This document shows, one piece after another, positions 11,690-26,285 of a stretch of DNA of 64,000 bases; the stretch's first letter is position 1, and each line of letters begins with the position of its first letter. Source of the DNA: Dicyema japonicum (Eukaryota > Animalia > Dicyemida). Where the stretch lies: contig RDEW01000018.1 of the NCBI GenBank assembly GCA_011109175.1, forward strand, positions 913,962-977,961. Reading direction: 5' to 3'. Both the position numbers and the translations under genes were made by a program. The notes below the pieces were generated by a model. The model worked only from the letters and a program-made list of their open reading frames with translations, was not told where the DNA came from and did not search any database.

Positions 11690-12240
11690 TTGGGTTCTGC
11701 TGAATTCTTATCAAAGTCAAGGAAGGAAACTAGTTTAAAACATTCGGTTAATTTTCCGTTGTAGATCTCCTACCATAGTAAGTAGGAAAACCTCAGGAAC
11801 TTCCAAACATTTCGATACCTGTTCTAGCTCACTAGTTACACGGTATTGAGTTTCACTTTTTTTAGGAATCTTTAATATCTCAATATTCAGAGTGTTAAAA
11901 TTATCTACGTAATTCTCTACCCTATCAGTCATACTACTATTACTCACATCCGCCATACTACTTATTTGTTATTCAAGTGCTTCCAGCTCTGTCTGTCTCC
12001 ATGCATTCATGGCTAAGATCTGCTCCCTCCATTTACGTGGAGGTCTGTTCTAGTACGTCAACTCAACGTAGGTGATCTGTTTTGGATACATCACATTGGA
12101 GATGTGACCAGATGATTTTACTGGCTAGTTTTGCCGGACTGACTATGCCACTGCCTAGCTTCGCCAAGTATAGCCAGCTATTCAAGAGCATCCAGGATAG
12201 CATGCTACTTGGGTATAGTTATATATTGTGCTAAAGATAG
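11690..12240 (-). mobile_element. 5'/N-terminal fragment of the RLE-type element, present downstream of every full tRNA-like copy
   Basis: Nearly identical to 10010-10130, then deletes ~270 bp and rejoins at the CAGATCACCTA block (9680-9730). Encodes PVKSSGHISNVMY..QITY..KWREQ. Recurs at about 15130-15480, 17030-17580, 22380-22930, 27720-28270, 34630-35180, 41870-42420 and 49440-49990. Confidence 0.7.
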
Positions 12241-12368
12241 CTCTTGCCCAAATCGAGATCGATTTAATGGGAGTGGTACCAGTATAAACGAATAAGATGT
12301 TCGAGTAAGCGAAGACTATAAGTAGAAAGTTTTTTCTATTTTTTGAAAAAATTTAAACATCAAAAAAA

Positions 12369-12444
12369 TGGTCCCCGACCGGATTCGAACCGGCAACATA
12401 GTGACTTTGAAACCACTGCTCTAAACATTGGAGCTACGAGGACC
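12369..12444 (-). tRNA. Atypical tRNA-like gene, type 1, copy 2
   Basis: Same 76-nt sequence with a T7 terminator. Confidence 0.7.
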
Positions 12445-12595
12445 ATTTCTATTGTTCTATATTCCTATTAGCCTCTGCATCTCAATATCCTTGGTATGAT
12501 CTCCCTTTTTCCAATCCTGGATCCCCAATTAACGAAACAGTAGTACAATAATCATGCAACGAAATGTACAATCAATAAAACTTTATTCGAGTTGC

Positions 12596-13670
12596 ATGCA
12601 TCGTTGTGATTGTAGTGGTCGAAATACAAGACTTACTATTGAACAAAAAATGCAAATATTGCGTTATAATGACGGCAACAACATATTATAATGCCAAAGA
12701 ATTGCTGATAAATTTTCCTTTTTCTAAAGTGAACATTTGCCGGAAAACAGTTATCCTTATCTTAATATATCGAGAGTCAATTTTAAAACAATTCAAATCT
12801 AAAAACTTTTCAACAAAAACAGTCAAAAAGTAAAAGTTTCCCCAACTTGATGAAAAGCTTGTTGAGTGGATGGATTTGATGGAATCAAAAAGCTTTCTTA
12901 AAGTTTTTTTAATTTTAAAGTGCATTAGTGCTATGTAAGGCAGAATATCCATTAAGATAAAATTCTTCGCTAAGAAACGATCTCTTGACTATTTCAAAAA
13001 CTCTTATGGAGTTGTATAAAAATTTAAAATAAGAAATTAAATTCGGATTAGGGAATTACATGGACAAATGTGCACACACAAAAGCGTCGACATTGAAGGG
13101 TTTTTCAGATTTTCAAGAGGTTTCAAAATCATATACCTGCGATCAGATTTATAACTGGAAGAAAATGGGATTTTTAAAAGCTTATTCCATCCAGAAGTAT
13201 CTGCAAGAATCCATTCGGAGGATAAAAGAAATTCAAAGATAGAGTATCTGTGATGTTATGCACAAATATGTTAGGAAATCATAAATTAAAGCTCACTATT
13301 CATTGGAAAATCAAAAAAGTGCAAAGTGTTTCAAAAAATATTATTATCGGTGTTCTGTTTCGTATTACAGTGCCAAAGAGCGTCTACTTAATTTTACAGA
13401 GACATATTCTAAAGTCTACTGTCATAAGTGTCTCAGAGATATCGGTTCAGTGTTCTCCACAAATCAAAAGCTCCGTTACACTGAAAGCCTAATAATTTTA
13501 ACACCAGAGACCATGGTTACACAAACTAACTTATCACGTGATTCCAGCACGCACAAGCATGGACCTCAATTTGTCACGATGCTCCTCCCTCGACCCCACA
13601 CAAGCACGTATCGGTCGATTCACCTATGGTAGTTTACATCAAATGCAGCAAGGGAGGGTTTTCTAGCAAT
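12596..13670 (+). mobile_element. Decayed pogo/Tigger transposase, submonomer B
   Basis: LDEKLVEWMDLMESK, KFKDRVSVMLCTNMLGNHKLK and GKSK..CFKKY..YYSAK. Sister copies lie at about 17933-19010, 23281-24350 and 28626-29068 (truncated). Confidence 0.8.
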
Positions 13671-14061
13671 TTAAATCAATAGTAAAAGTCTTTAATTATC
13701 ATTTAATTATCATGAAAATTAGCAGTCAATATTAAATTAATAAAAACATTCAAATCCTAAGCCACATCACCCTTTAATAATCAGGTCGATGCACTTTAGG
13801 CATACTTATGCGTTTTTACGTGTTGACTTTATTTTAGGTTCTGCTGAAATCCTATCCAAGACAAGGAAATCAAGCTCGTTTAAAACATTCGGTTGATTTT
13901 CCGTTTAGATCCTAACCATAGTAGACTCGAAAACCTCAGGAACTTCCACAACTTTCGATGCCTGTACTGGCTCATTTGTACAACGGTATTGATTTTCACA
14001 TTTTTCTTAGGAATCTTTAATTTATCCAAATTCAGACCATCAAAATTATCCACGTCATCCT

Positions 14062-15125
14062 CAGGTTTGCCAATTTCACTAAATGGGTAAATAATCAAAT
14101 AAATAGTTTATTCGGCTGAGTTAGTAGAATTTTGTCATCTTCAATCGGAATAGAAACTTGGGAGCAATTTTTCTCAATTCCAACGTTCAGTCTTTTACCC
14201 CATTTGTTTACTAATCCACTTGTCTAAAACGTGTCTAAATAGCAGGAATCAGCTACCCATAGGAATCGGTATTTTCGTTTGAACTTGATTAATCAGTGAA
14301 TTCAACTCAGATCAGATATAGGTTCATAACATGCAGTTACTTCCTCCTATTTGAACAAATCACGTCAAAAACAATTTCCAAACGGCTTCCAAGAAACAGC
14401 TCAATGGAAACATAATCGAAGGGAAGTAGATACTTCCTCCTCTTACTTCTAGTAACATAGAGGACAGGAAAGCGTCCATACTTCTTATCACTTCAACCAC
14501 CAGACGGTCATAGTAAATACCTGCTTCAATAATGTGGTAATCCACTGTATGAACAGTGTGCACAAACCTAGTCACTATTTAATGTCAGAGAAATTCACGA
14601 ATCACATAAAGAAGTAGAAATAAATGGCACGCAGGAGAAAAAAACTGGGAGACTACAAGAGTTGGCGTTCTTCTAAATGACCACCTGTAGGTTTTAATAG
14701 TTCTTATGAATGGGATCTGTCTCCTATGAAAATAACTTAGATTGAAAAATTAGTACAGGATTTCACGCAGTGAGAAATTTAGAGTAAGAACCAAGAAACT
14801 CCTGATCAATACGAAAAAATTAATAATTGACAGATTCACTTATCAAAAAAGTCTAATCAATCATCTTGATTTATTACATTCTATAGTAAATTTTATTATA
14901 AAAGAATTTTTCCAATTTTTTATTAAGCTTTTTAAGAAAATCCTCATTTTTGGGGAAAACCTCAAAATTAGGGAATTTTACTTTATTTCGGGGTCGGACT
15001 TGAACATTTATGTTAAACCGTAGATGAGAAATTATTGACTCGACTATGAATAATGAGATTACTCGAAGACATATGAAATATCAACAACCTATCGAATGTC
15101 AAGTCCATTTTACAAACAAAAAGTA
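14062..15125. other. ~1.07 kb insertion of unknown origin interrupting the RLE fragment in the long submonomer
   Basis: Absent from the short submonomer, and both sides resume the ENYVDNF-coding segment. Also present at about 19400-20470 and 24740-25810. Confidence 0.55.
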
Positions 15126-15601
15126 GCGTGTTAAAATTATATACGTAATTCTCTACCCTATCAGTCATACTACTTCTACCCCATCCGCCATACTACTTAT
15201 TTGTTATTACAGTGCTTCATGCTCTGTCTGTCTCCATGCAATCATGGCAAAGAGCTGCTCCCTCCAATTACGTGGTGGTCTGTTCTAGTACGTCAACTCA
15301 ACGTAGGTGATCTGTTCTGGATACATCACATTATAGATGTGACCAGATAATTTTACTGGCAGTTTTGCTGGACAGATTATGCCACTGCAGAGCTCCTCCA
15401 ATTATGGCCAGCCATTCAAGAGCATCCAGGATAGCATGCTACTTGGGTATAGTTATATATTGTGCTAAAAATAGCTCTTGCCCAAAGCGAGATCGATTTA
15501 ATGGGAGTGGTACCAGTATAAACGAATAAGATGTTCGAGTAAGCGAGAACTATAAGTAGAAAGTTTTTTCTATTTTTTGAAAAATTTAAACATCAAAAAA
15601 A

Positions 15602-15677
15602 TGGTCCCCGACCGGATTCGAACCGGCAACATAGTGACTTTGAAACCACTGCTCTAAACATTGGAGCTACGAGGACC
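15602..15677 (-). tRNA. Atypical tRNA-like gene, type 1, copy 3
   Basis: Same 76-nt sequence. Confidence 0.7.
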
Positions 15678-17705
15678 ATTTCTATTGTTCTATTTTCCTA
15701 TTAGCCTCTGCATCTCAATATCCTTGGTATGATCTCCCTTTTTCCAATCCTGGATCCCCAATTAACGAAACAGTAGTACAATAATCATGCAACGAAATGT
15801 ACAATCAATAAAACTTTATTCAAGTTGCATGCATCGTTGTGATTATAGTGGTCGAAATACAAGACTCACTATCGAACAAAAAATGCAAATATTGCGTTAT
15901 AATGACGACAACAACATATTATAATGCAAAGAATTGCTGATAAATTTTCTTTTTTCAAAACCGAAAATTTGCAGAAAGACTGTTAACTTATCTTAATATG
16001 TCGCGAGTCAAATTTGAAACAATTCAAAACTAAAAACTCTTCAACAAAAACGTCAAAAATTAAAAAGTTTCCGCAACATGATGAAAAGCTTGTCAAGTGA
16101 ATGGATTTGATAGATTCAAAAGGTTTACTTAATGTTTTTAAATTTTAAAGTGCATTATTGCCATGTAAAACAGAATTCTTTGTTAAGCTCTTTCTCTAGA
16201 CTATTTCAAAAAATCATGGATCATAATCCATATTTAAGAAAATGGATTAATTTTAGATTAGGAAATTACACGGACAAATGTGTAAACACAATAATGTCGA
16301 CATTGAAAGGTTTTTCAAAAAATTTAAAGAGGTTTCAAAATCATATACCTGCATCAGATTTATTACCTGGATAAAACTGGGCTTTTTACAAGCTTTTTCC
16401 ATCAAGAAGTAGTATTCGCAAGACTCCATTTGGAGGATAAAAGAAATTCAAAGATAGAGTATCTGTGAAGTCATTCACAAATATTTGTGGAAATCATAAA
16501 ATAATGGCGTTTATTCATTGGAAAATCAAAATGTAAATGTTTCAGAAAATATGATCATCGGTATTCTGTTTCGTCTTATAATGCCAAAGATCGTCTACTT
16601 TATTTTACGACGTATTATTCTTTAGTCTAGTCTCATACCAGGCACAGAGACATCGATTCTGAGTTTCAAAAGTCAATAGGTTTGTTAGATGAAAAGGCCT
16701 AATAATATTAACACCAGAGACTACGGTTAATCAAACTAACTATTCACGTTATATCAGCACGCACTAGCATAGATCTCATCTTGGCCCGATGCTCTTTCCT
16801 CAACCCTAAACAACCACGTGTTGGTCGATTGACATAAGGCAGCTTATATCAGATGCAGCAAGGGATGGTATTCTATCAAATTAGAGCAAAAGTAAAAGTC
16901 TTTAATTATCATTTAATAATCATGAAAATTAGCAGTCAATATTCCCAAATTTTAAGCCACATCACCCTTTAATATCAGTTCGATCACCTTTAGGCTTTTT
17001 ATGCGTTTTTTACCATTTGAATTTATTTTGGGTTCTGCTGAATTCTTATCAAAGTCAAGGAAGGAAACTAGTTTAAAACATTCGGTTAATTTTCCGTTGT
17101 AGATCTCCTACCATAGTAAGTAGGAAAACCTCAGGAACTTCCAAACATTTCGATACCTGTTCTAGCTCACTAGTTACACGGTATTGAGTTTCACTTTTTT
17201 TAGGAATCTTTAATATCTCAATATTCAGAGTGTTAAAATTATCTACGTAATTCTCTACCCTATCAGTCATACTACTATTACCCCATCCGCCATACTACTT
17301 ATTTGTTATTCCAGTGCTTCCAGCTCTGTCTGTCTCCATGCATTCATGGCTAAGATCTGCTCCCTCCATTTACGTGGAGGTCTGTTCTAGTACGTCAACT
17401 CAACGTAGGTGATCTGTTTTGGATACATCACATTGGAGATGTGACCAGATGATTTTACTGGCTAGTTTTGCCGGACTGACTATGCCACTGCCTAGCTTCG
17501 CCAAGTATAGCCAGCTATTCAAGAGCATCCAGGATAGCATGCTACTTGGGTATAGTTATATATTGTGCTAAAGATAGCTCTTGCCCAAAGCGAGATCGAT
17601 TTTCTGGGAGAGGTACCAGTATAAACGAATAAGATGTTCGAGTAAGCGAAGACTATAAGAAGAAAGTTTTTTCTATTTTTTGAAAAAATTTAAACATCAA
17701 AAAAA

Positions 17706-17781
17706 TGGTCCCCGACCGGATTCGAACCGGCAACATAGTGACTTTGAAACCACTGCTCTAAACATTGGAGCTACGAGGACC
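17706..17781 (-). tRNA. Atypical tRNA-like gene, type 1, copy 4
   Basis: Same 76-nt sequence. Confidence 0.7.
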
Positions 17782-20700
17782 ATTTCTATTGTTCTATATT
17801 CCTATTAGCCTCTGCATCTCAATATCCTTGGTATGATCTCCCTTTTTCCAATCCTGGATCCCCAATTAACGAAACAGTAGTACAATAATCATGCAACGAA
17901 ATGTACAATCAATAAAACTTTATTCGAGTTGCATGCATCGTTGTGATTGTAGTGGTCGAAATACAAGACTCACTATCGAACAAAAAATGCAAATATTGCG
18001 TTATAATGACGACAACAACATATTATAATGCCAAAGAATTGCTGATAAATTTTCCTTTTTCTAAAGTGAACATTTGCCTGAAAACAGTTAACCTTATCTT
18101 AATATATCGAGAGTCAATTTTAAAACAATTCAAATCTAAAAACTTTTCAACAAAAACAGTCAAAAAGTAAAAGTTTCCCCAACTTGATGAAAAGCTTGTT
18201 GAGTGGATGGATTTGATGGAATCAAAAAGCTTTCTTAAAGTTTTTTTAATTTTAAAGTGCATTAGTGCTATGTAAGGCAGAATATCCATTAAGATAAAAT
18301 TCTTCGCTAAGAAACGATCTCTTGACTATTTCAAAAACTCTTATGGAGTTGTATAAAAATTTAAAATAAGAAATTAAATTCGGATTAGGAAATTACATGG
18401 ACAAATGTGCACACACAAAAGCGTCGACATTGAAGGGTTTTTCAGATTTTCAAGAGGTTTCAAAATCATATACCTGCGATCAGATTTATAACTGGAAGAA
18501 AATGGGATTTTTAAAAGCTTATTCCATCCAGAAGTATCTGCAAGAATCCATTCGGAGGATAAAAGAAATTCAAAGATAGAGTATCTGTGATGTTATGCAC
18601 AAATATGTTAGGAAATCATAAATTAAAGCTCACTATTCATTGGAAAATCAAAAAAGTGCAAAGTGTTTCAAAAAATATTATTATCGGTGTTCTGTTTCGT
18701 ATTACAGTGCCAAAGAGCGTCTACTTAATTTTACAGAGACATATTCTAAAGTCTACTGTCATAAGTGTCTCAGAGATATCGGTTCAGTGTTCTCCACAAA
18801 TCAAAAGCTCCGTTACACTGAAAGCCTAATAATTTTAACACCAGAGACCATGGTTACACAAACTAACTTATCACGTGATTCCAGCACGCACAAGCATGGA
18901 CCTCAATTTGTCACGATGCTCCTCCCTCGACCCCACACAAGCACGTATCGGTCGATTCACCTATGGTAGTTTACATCAAATGCAGCAAGGGAGGGTTTTC
19001 TAGCAATTTAAATCAATAGTAAAAGTCTTTAATTATCATTTAATTATCATGAAAATTAGCAGTCAATATTAAATTAATAAAAACATTCAAATCCTAAGCC
19101 ACATCACCCTTTAATAATCAGGTCGATGCACTTTAGGCATACTTATGCGTTTTTACGTGTTGACTTTATTTTAGGTTCTGCTGAAATCCTATCCAAGACA
19201 AGGAAATCAAGCTCGTTTAAAACATTCGGTTGATTTTCCGGTTAGATCCTAACCATAGTAGACTCGAAAACCTCAGGAACTTCCACAACTTTCGATGCCT
19301 GTACTGGCTCATTTGTACAACGGTATTGATTTTCACATTTTTCTTAGGAATCTTTAATTTATCCAAATTCAGACCATCAAAATTATCCACGTCATCCTCA
19401 GGTTTGCCAATTTCACTAAATGGGTAAATAATCAAATAAATAGTTTATTCGGCTGAGTTGGTAGAATTTTGTTATCTTCAATCGGAATAGAAACTTGGGA
19501 GCAAATTTGCTCAATTCCAACGTTCAGTCTTTTACCCCATTTGTTTACTAATCCACTTGTCTAAATCGAGTCTAAATAGCAGGAATCAGCTACCCATAGG
19601 AATCGGTATTTTCGTTTGAACTTGATTAATCAGTGAATTCAACTCAGATCAGATATAGGTTCATAACATGCAGTGACTTCCTCCTCTTTGAACAAATCAC
19701 GTCAAAAACAATTTCCAAACGGCTTCCAAGAAACAGCTCAATGGAAACATAATCGAAAGGAGGAAGGGAAGTAGATGCTTCCTCCTTTACTTTTAGTAAC
19801 ATAGAGGACAGGAAAGCGTCCATACTTGCTTATCACTTCAACCACCAGACGGTCATAGTAAATACCTGCTTCAATAATGTGGTAATCCACTGTATGAACA
19901 GTGTGCACAAACTGAGTCACTATTTAATGTCAGAGAAATTCACGAATCACATAAAGAAGTAGAAATAAATGGCACGCAGGAGAAAAAAAATGGGAGACTA
20001 CAGGAGTTGGCGTTCTTCTAAATGACCACCTGTAGGTTTTAATAGTTCTTATGAATGGGATCTGTCTCCTATGAAAATAACTTAGATTGAGAAATTAGTA
20101 CAGGATTTCACGCAGTGTGAAATTTAGAGTAAGAACCAAGAAACTCCTGATCAATACGAAAAAATTAATAATTGACAGATTCACTTATCAAAAAAGTCTA
20201 ATCAATCATCTTGATTTATTACATTCTATAGTAACTTTTATTATAAAAGAATTTTTCCAATTTTTTATTAAGCTTTTTAAGAAAATTTGCATTTTTCGGG
20301 AAAACCTCAAAATTAGGGAATTTTCCTTTATATCGGGGTCGGACTTGAACATTTATGTTGAACCGTAGACGAGAAATTATTGACTCGACTATGAATGATG
20401 AGGTTACTCGAAGACATATGAAATATCAACAACCTATCGAATGTCAAGTCCATTTTACAAACAAAAAGTAGCGTGTTAAAATTATATACGTAATTCTCTA
20501 CCCTATCAGTCATACTACTTTTACCCCATCCGCCATACTACTTATTTGTTATTACAGTGCTTCATGCTCTGTCTGTCTCCATGCAATCATGGCAAAGAGC
20601 TGCTCCCTCCATTACGTGGTGGTCTGTTCTAGTACGTCAACTCAACGTAGGTGATCTGTTCTGGATACATCACATTATAGATGTGACCAGATAATTTTAC

Positions 20701-20945
20701 TGGCAGTTTTGCTGGACAGATTATGCCACTGCAGAGCTCCGCCAATTATGGCCAGCCATTCAAGAGCATCCAGGATAGCATGCTACTTGGGTATAGTTAT
20801 ATATTGTGCTAAAGATAGCTCTTGCCCAAAGCGAGATCGATTTAATGGGAGTGGTACCAGTATAAACGAATAAGATGTTCGAGTAAACGAGAACTATAAG
20901 TAGAAAGTTTTTTCTATTTTTTGAAAAATTTAAACATCAAAAAAA

Positions 20946-21021
20946 TGGTCCCCGACCGGATTCGAACCGGCAACATAGTGACTTTGAAACCACTGCTCTA
21001 AACATTGGAGCTACGAGGACC
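20946..21021 (-). tRNA. Atypical tRNA-like gene, type 1, copy 5
   Basis: Same 76-nt sequence. Confidence 0.7.
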
Positions 21022-23053
21022 ATTTCTATTGTTCTATTTTTCCTATTAGCCTCTGCATCTCAATATCCTTGGTATGATCTCCCTTTTTCCAATCCTGGAT
21101 CCCCAATTAACGAAACAGTAGTACAATAATCATGCAACGAAATGTACAATCAATAAAACTTTATTCAAGTTGCATGCATCGTTGTGATTATAGTGGTCGA
21201 AATACAAGACTCACTTTCGAACAAAAAATGCAAATATTGCGTTATAATGACGACAACAACATATTATAATGCAAAGAATTGCTGATAAATTTTCTTTTTT
21301 AAAACTGAAAAATTGCAGAAAGACTGTTAACTTATCTAAATATGTCGCGAGTCAAATTTGAAACAATTCAAAACTAAAAACTCTTCAACAAAAACAGTCA
21401 AAAATTAAAAGTTTCCGTAACTGATGAAAAGCTCGTTAAGTGAATGAATTTGATAGATTCAAAAGGTTTACTTAATGTTTTTAAATTTTAAAGTGCATTA
21501 TTGCCATGTAAAACAGAATTCTTTGTTAAGCTCTTTCTCTAGACTATTTCAAAAAATCATGGATCATAATCCATATTTAAGAAAATGGATTAATTTTAGA
21601 TTAGGAAATTACACGGACAAATGTGTACACACAATAATGTCGACATTGAAAGGTTTTTCAAAAAATTTAAAGAGGTTTCAAAATCATATACCTGCATCAG
21701 ATTTATTACCTGGATAAAACTGGGCTTTTTACAAGCTTTTTCCATCAAGAAGTAGTATTCGCAAGACTCCATTTGGAGGATAAAAGAAATTCAAAGATAG
21801 AGTATCTGTGAAGTCATTCACAAATATTTTGGAAATCATAAAATAATGGCGTTTATTCATTGGAAAATCAAAATATAAGATGTTTCAAAAAATATGATCA
21901 TCGGTATTCTGTTTCGTCTTATAATGCCAAAGATCGTCTACTTTATTTTACGACGTATTATTCTTTAGTCTAGTCTCATACCAGGCACAGAGACATCGAT
22001 TCTGAGTTTCAAAAGTCAATAGCTTTGTTAGATGAAAAGGCCTAATAATATTAACACCAGAGACTACGGTTAATCAAACTAACTATTCACGTTATATCAG
22101 CACGCACTAGCATAGATCTCATCTTGGCCCGATGCTCTTTCCTCGACCCTAAACAACCACGTGTTGGTCGATTGACATAAGGCAGCTTATATCAGATGCA
22201 GCAAGGGATGGTATTCTATCAAATTAGAGCAAAAGTAAAAGTCTTTAATTATCATTTAATAATCATGAAAATTAGCAGTCAATATTAAATTCCCAAATTT
22301 TAAGCCACATCACCCTTTAATATCAGGTCGATCACCTTTAGGCTTTTTATGCGTTTTTTACGATTTGAATTTATTTTGGGTTCTGCTGAATTCTTATCAA
22401 AGTAAAGGAAGGAAACTAGTTTAAAACATTCGGTTAATTTTCCGTTGTAGATCTCCTACCATAGTAAGTAGGAAAACCTCAGGAACTTCCAAACATTTCG
22501 ATACCTGTTCTAGCTCACTAGTTACACGGTATTGAGTTTCACTTTTTTTAGGAATCTTTAATATCTCAATATTCAGAGTGTTAAAATTATCTACGTAATT
22601 CTCTACCCTATCAGTCATACTACTATTACTCCATCCGCCATACTACTTATTTGTTATTCCAGTGCTTCCAGCTCTGTCTGTCTCCATGCATTCATGGCTA
22701 AGATCTGCTCCCTCCATTTACGTGGAGGTATGTTCTAGTACGTCAACTCAACGTAGGTGATCTGTTTTGGATACATCACATTGGAGATGTGACCAGATGA
22801 TTTTACTGGCTAGTTTTGCCGGACTGACTATGCCACTGCCTAGCTTCGCCAAGTATAGCCAGCTATTCAAGAGCATCCAGGATAGCATGCTACTTGGGTA
22901 TAGTTATATATTGTACTAAAGATAGCTCTTGCCCAAATCGAGATCGATTTTCTGGGAGTGGTACCAGTATAAACGAATAAGATGTTCGAGTAAGCGAAGA
23001 CTATAAGTAGAAAGTTTTTTCTATTTTTTGAAAAAATTTAAACATCAAAAAAA

Positions 23054-23129
23054 TGGTCCCCGACCGGATTCGAACCGGCAACATAGTGACTTTGAAACCA
23101 CTGCTCTAAACATTGGAGCTACGAGGACC
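23054..23129 (-). tRNA. Atypical tRNA-like gene, type 1, copy 6
   Basis: Same 76-nt sequence. Confidence 0.7.
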
Positions 23130-26100
23130 ATTTCTATTGTTCTATATTCCTATTAGCCTCTGCATCTCAATATCCTTGGTATGATCTCCCTTTTTCCAAT
23201 CCTGGATCCCCAATTAACGAAACAGTAGTACAATAATCATGCAACGAAATGTACAATCAATAAAACTTTATTCGAGTTGCATGCATCGTTGTGATTGTAG
23301 TGGTCGAAATACAAGACTTACTATTGGACAAAAAATGAAAATATTGCGTTATAATGACGGCAACAACATATTATAATGCCAAAGAATTGCCGATAAATTT
23401 TTCTTTTTCTAAAGTGAACATTTGCCGAAAACAGTTAACCTTATCTTAATATATCGCGAGTCAATTTTAAAACAATTCAAATCTAAAAACTTTTCAACAA
23501 AAACAGTCAAAAAGTAAAAGTTTCCCCAACTTGATGAAAAGCTTGTTGAGTGGATGGATTTGATGGAATCAAAAAGCTTTCTTAAAGTTTTTTTAATTTT
23601 AAAGTGCATTAGTGCTATGTAAGGCAGAATATCCATTAAGATAAAATTCTTCGCTAAGAAACGATCTCTTGACTATTTCAAAAACTCTTATGGAGTTGTA
23701 TAAAAATTTAAAATAAGAAATTAAATTCGGATTAGGAATTACATGGACAAATGTGCACACACAAAAAGCGTCGACATTGAAGGGTTTTTCAGATTTTCAA
23801 GAGGTTTCAAAATCATATACCTGCGATCAGATTTATAACTGGAAAAAATGGGATTTTTAAAAGCTTATTCCATCCAGAAGTATCTGCAAGAATCCATTCG
23901 GAGGATAAAAGAAATTCAAAGATAGAGTATCTGTGATGTTATGCACAAATATGTTAGGAAATCATAAATTAAAGCTCACTATTCATTTGAAAATCAAAAA
24001 AGTGCAAAGTGTTTCAAAAAATATTATTATCGGTCTTCTGTTTCGTATTACAGTGCCAAAGAGCGTCTACTTAATTTTACAGAAACATATTCTAAAGTCT
24101 ACTGTCATAAGTGTCTCAGAGATATCGGTTCAGTGTTCTCCACAAATCAAAAGCTCCGTTACACTGAAAGCCTAATAATTTTAACACCAGAGACCATGGT
24201 TACACAAACTAACTTATCACGTGATTCCAGCACGCACAAGCATGGACCTCAATTTGTCACGATGCTCCTCCCTCGACCCCACACAAGCACGTATCGGTCG
24301 ATTCACCTATGGTAGTTTACATCAAATGCAGCAAGGGAGGGTTTTCTAGCAATTTAAATCAATAGTAAAAGTCTTTAATTATCATTTAATTATCATGAAA
24401 ATTAGCAGTCAATATTAAATTAATAAAAACATTCAAATCCTAAGCCACATCACCCTTTAATAATCAGGTCGATGCACTTTAGGCATACTTATGCGTTTTT
24501 ACGTGTTGACTTTATTTTAGGTTCTGCTGAAATCCTATCCAAGACAAAAAAATCAAGCTCGTTTAAAACATTCGGTTGATTTTCCGGTTAGATCCTAACC
24601 ATAGTAGACTCGAAAACCTCAGGAACTTTTACAACTTTCGATGCCTGTACTGGCTCATTTGTACAACGGTATTGATTTTCACATTTTTCTTAGGAATCTT
24701 TAATTTATCCAAATTCAGACCATCAAAATTATCCACGTCATCCTCAGGTTTGCCAATTTCACTAAATGGGTAAATAATCAAATAAATAGTTTATTCGGCT
24801 GAGTTGGTAGAATTTTGTTATCTTCAATCGGAATAGAAACTTGGGAGCAAATTTGCTCAATTCCAATGTTCAGTCTTTTACCCCATTTGTTTACTAATCC
24901 ACTTGTCTAAAACGAGTCTAAATAGCAGGAATCAGCTACCCATAGGAATCGGTATTTTCGTTTGAACTTGATTAATCAGTGAATTCAACTCAGATCAGAT
25001 ATAGGTTCATAACATGCAGTTACTTCCTCCTATTTGAACAAATCACGTCAAAAACAATTTCCAAACGGCTTCCAAGAAACAGCTCAATGGAAACATAATC
25101 GAAGGGAAGTAGATACTTCCTCCTCTTACTTCTAGTAACATAGAGGACAGGAAAGCGTCCATACTTGCTTATCATTTCAACCACCAGACGGTCATAGTAA
25201 ATACCTGCTTCAATAATGTGGTAATCCACTGTATGAACAGTGTGCACAAACCTAGTCACTATTTAATGTCAGAGAAATTCACGAATCACATAAAGAAGTA
25301 GAAATAAATGGCACGCAGGAGAAAAAAACTGGGAGACTACAGGAGTTGGCGTTCTTCTAAATGACCACCTGTAGGTTTTAATAGTTCTTATGAATGGGAT
25401 CTGTCTCCTATGAAAATAACTTAGATTGAGAAATTAGTACAGGATTTCACGCAGTGAGAAATTTAGAGTAAGAACCAAGAAACTCCTGATCACTAAGAAA
25501 AAATTAATAATTGAGAGATTCACTTATCAAAAAAGTCTAATCAATCATCTTGATTTATTACATTCTATAGTAACTTTTATTATAAAAGAATTTTTCCAAT
25601 TTTTTATTAAGCTTTTTAAGAAAATTTGCATTTTTCGGGAAAACCTCAAAATTAGGGAATTTTCCTTTATATCGGGGTCGGACTTGAACATTTATGTTAA
25701 ACCGTAGATGAGAAATTATTGACTCGACTATGAATGATGAGGTTACTCGAAGACATATGAAATATCAACAACCTATCGAATGTCAAGTCCATTTTACAAA
25801 CAAAAAGTAGCGTGTTAAAATTATATACGTAATTCTCTACCCTATCAGTCATACTACTTTTACCCCATCCGCCATACTACTTATTTGTTATTCCAGTGCG
25901 TCATGCTCTGTCTGTATCCATGCAATCATGGCAAAGAGCTGCTCCCTCCATTTACGTGGTGGTCTGTTCTAGTACGTCAACTCAACGTAGGTGATCTGTT
26001 CTGGATACATCACATTATAGATGTGACCAGATAATTTTACTGGCAGTTTTGCTGGACAGATTATGCCACTGCAGAGCTCCGCCAATTATGGCCAGCCATT

Positions 26101-26285
26101 CAAGAGCATCCAGGATAGCATGCTACTTGGGTATAGTTATATATTGTGCTAAAGATAGCTCTTGCCCAAAGCGAGATCGATTTTCTGGGAGTGGTACTAG
26201 TATAAACGAATAAGATGTTCGAGTAAGCGAGAACTATAAGTAGAAAGTTTTTTCTATTTTTTGAAAAATTTAAACATCAAAAAAA

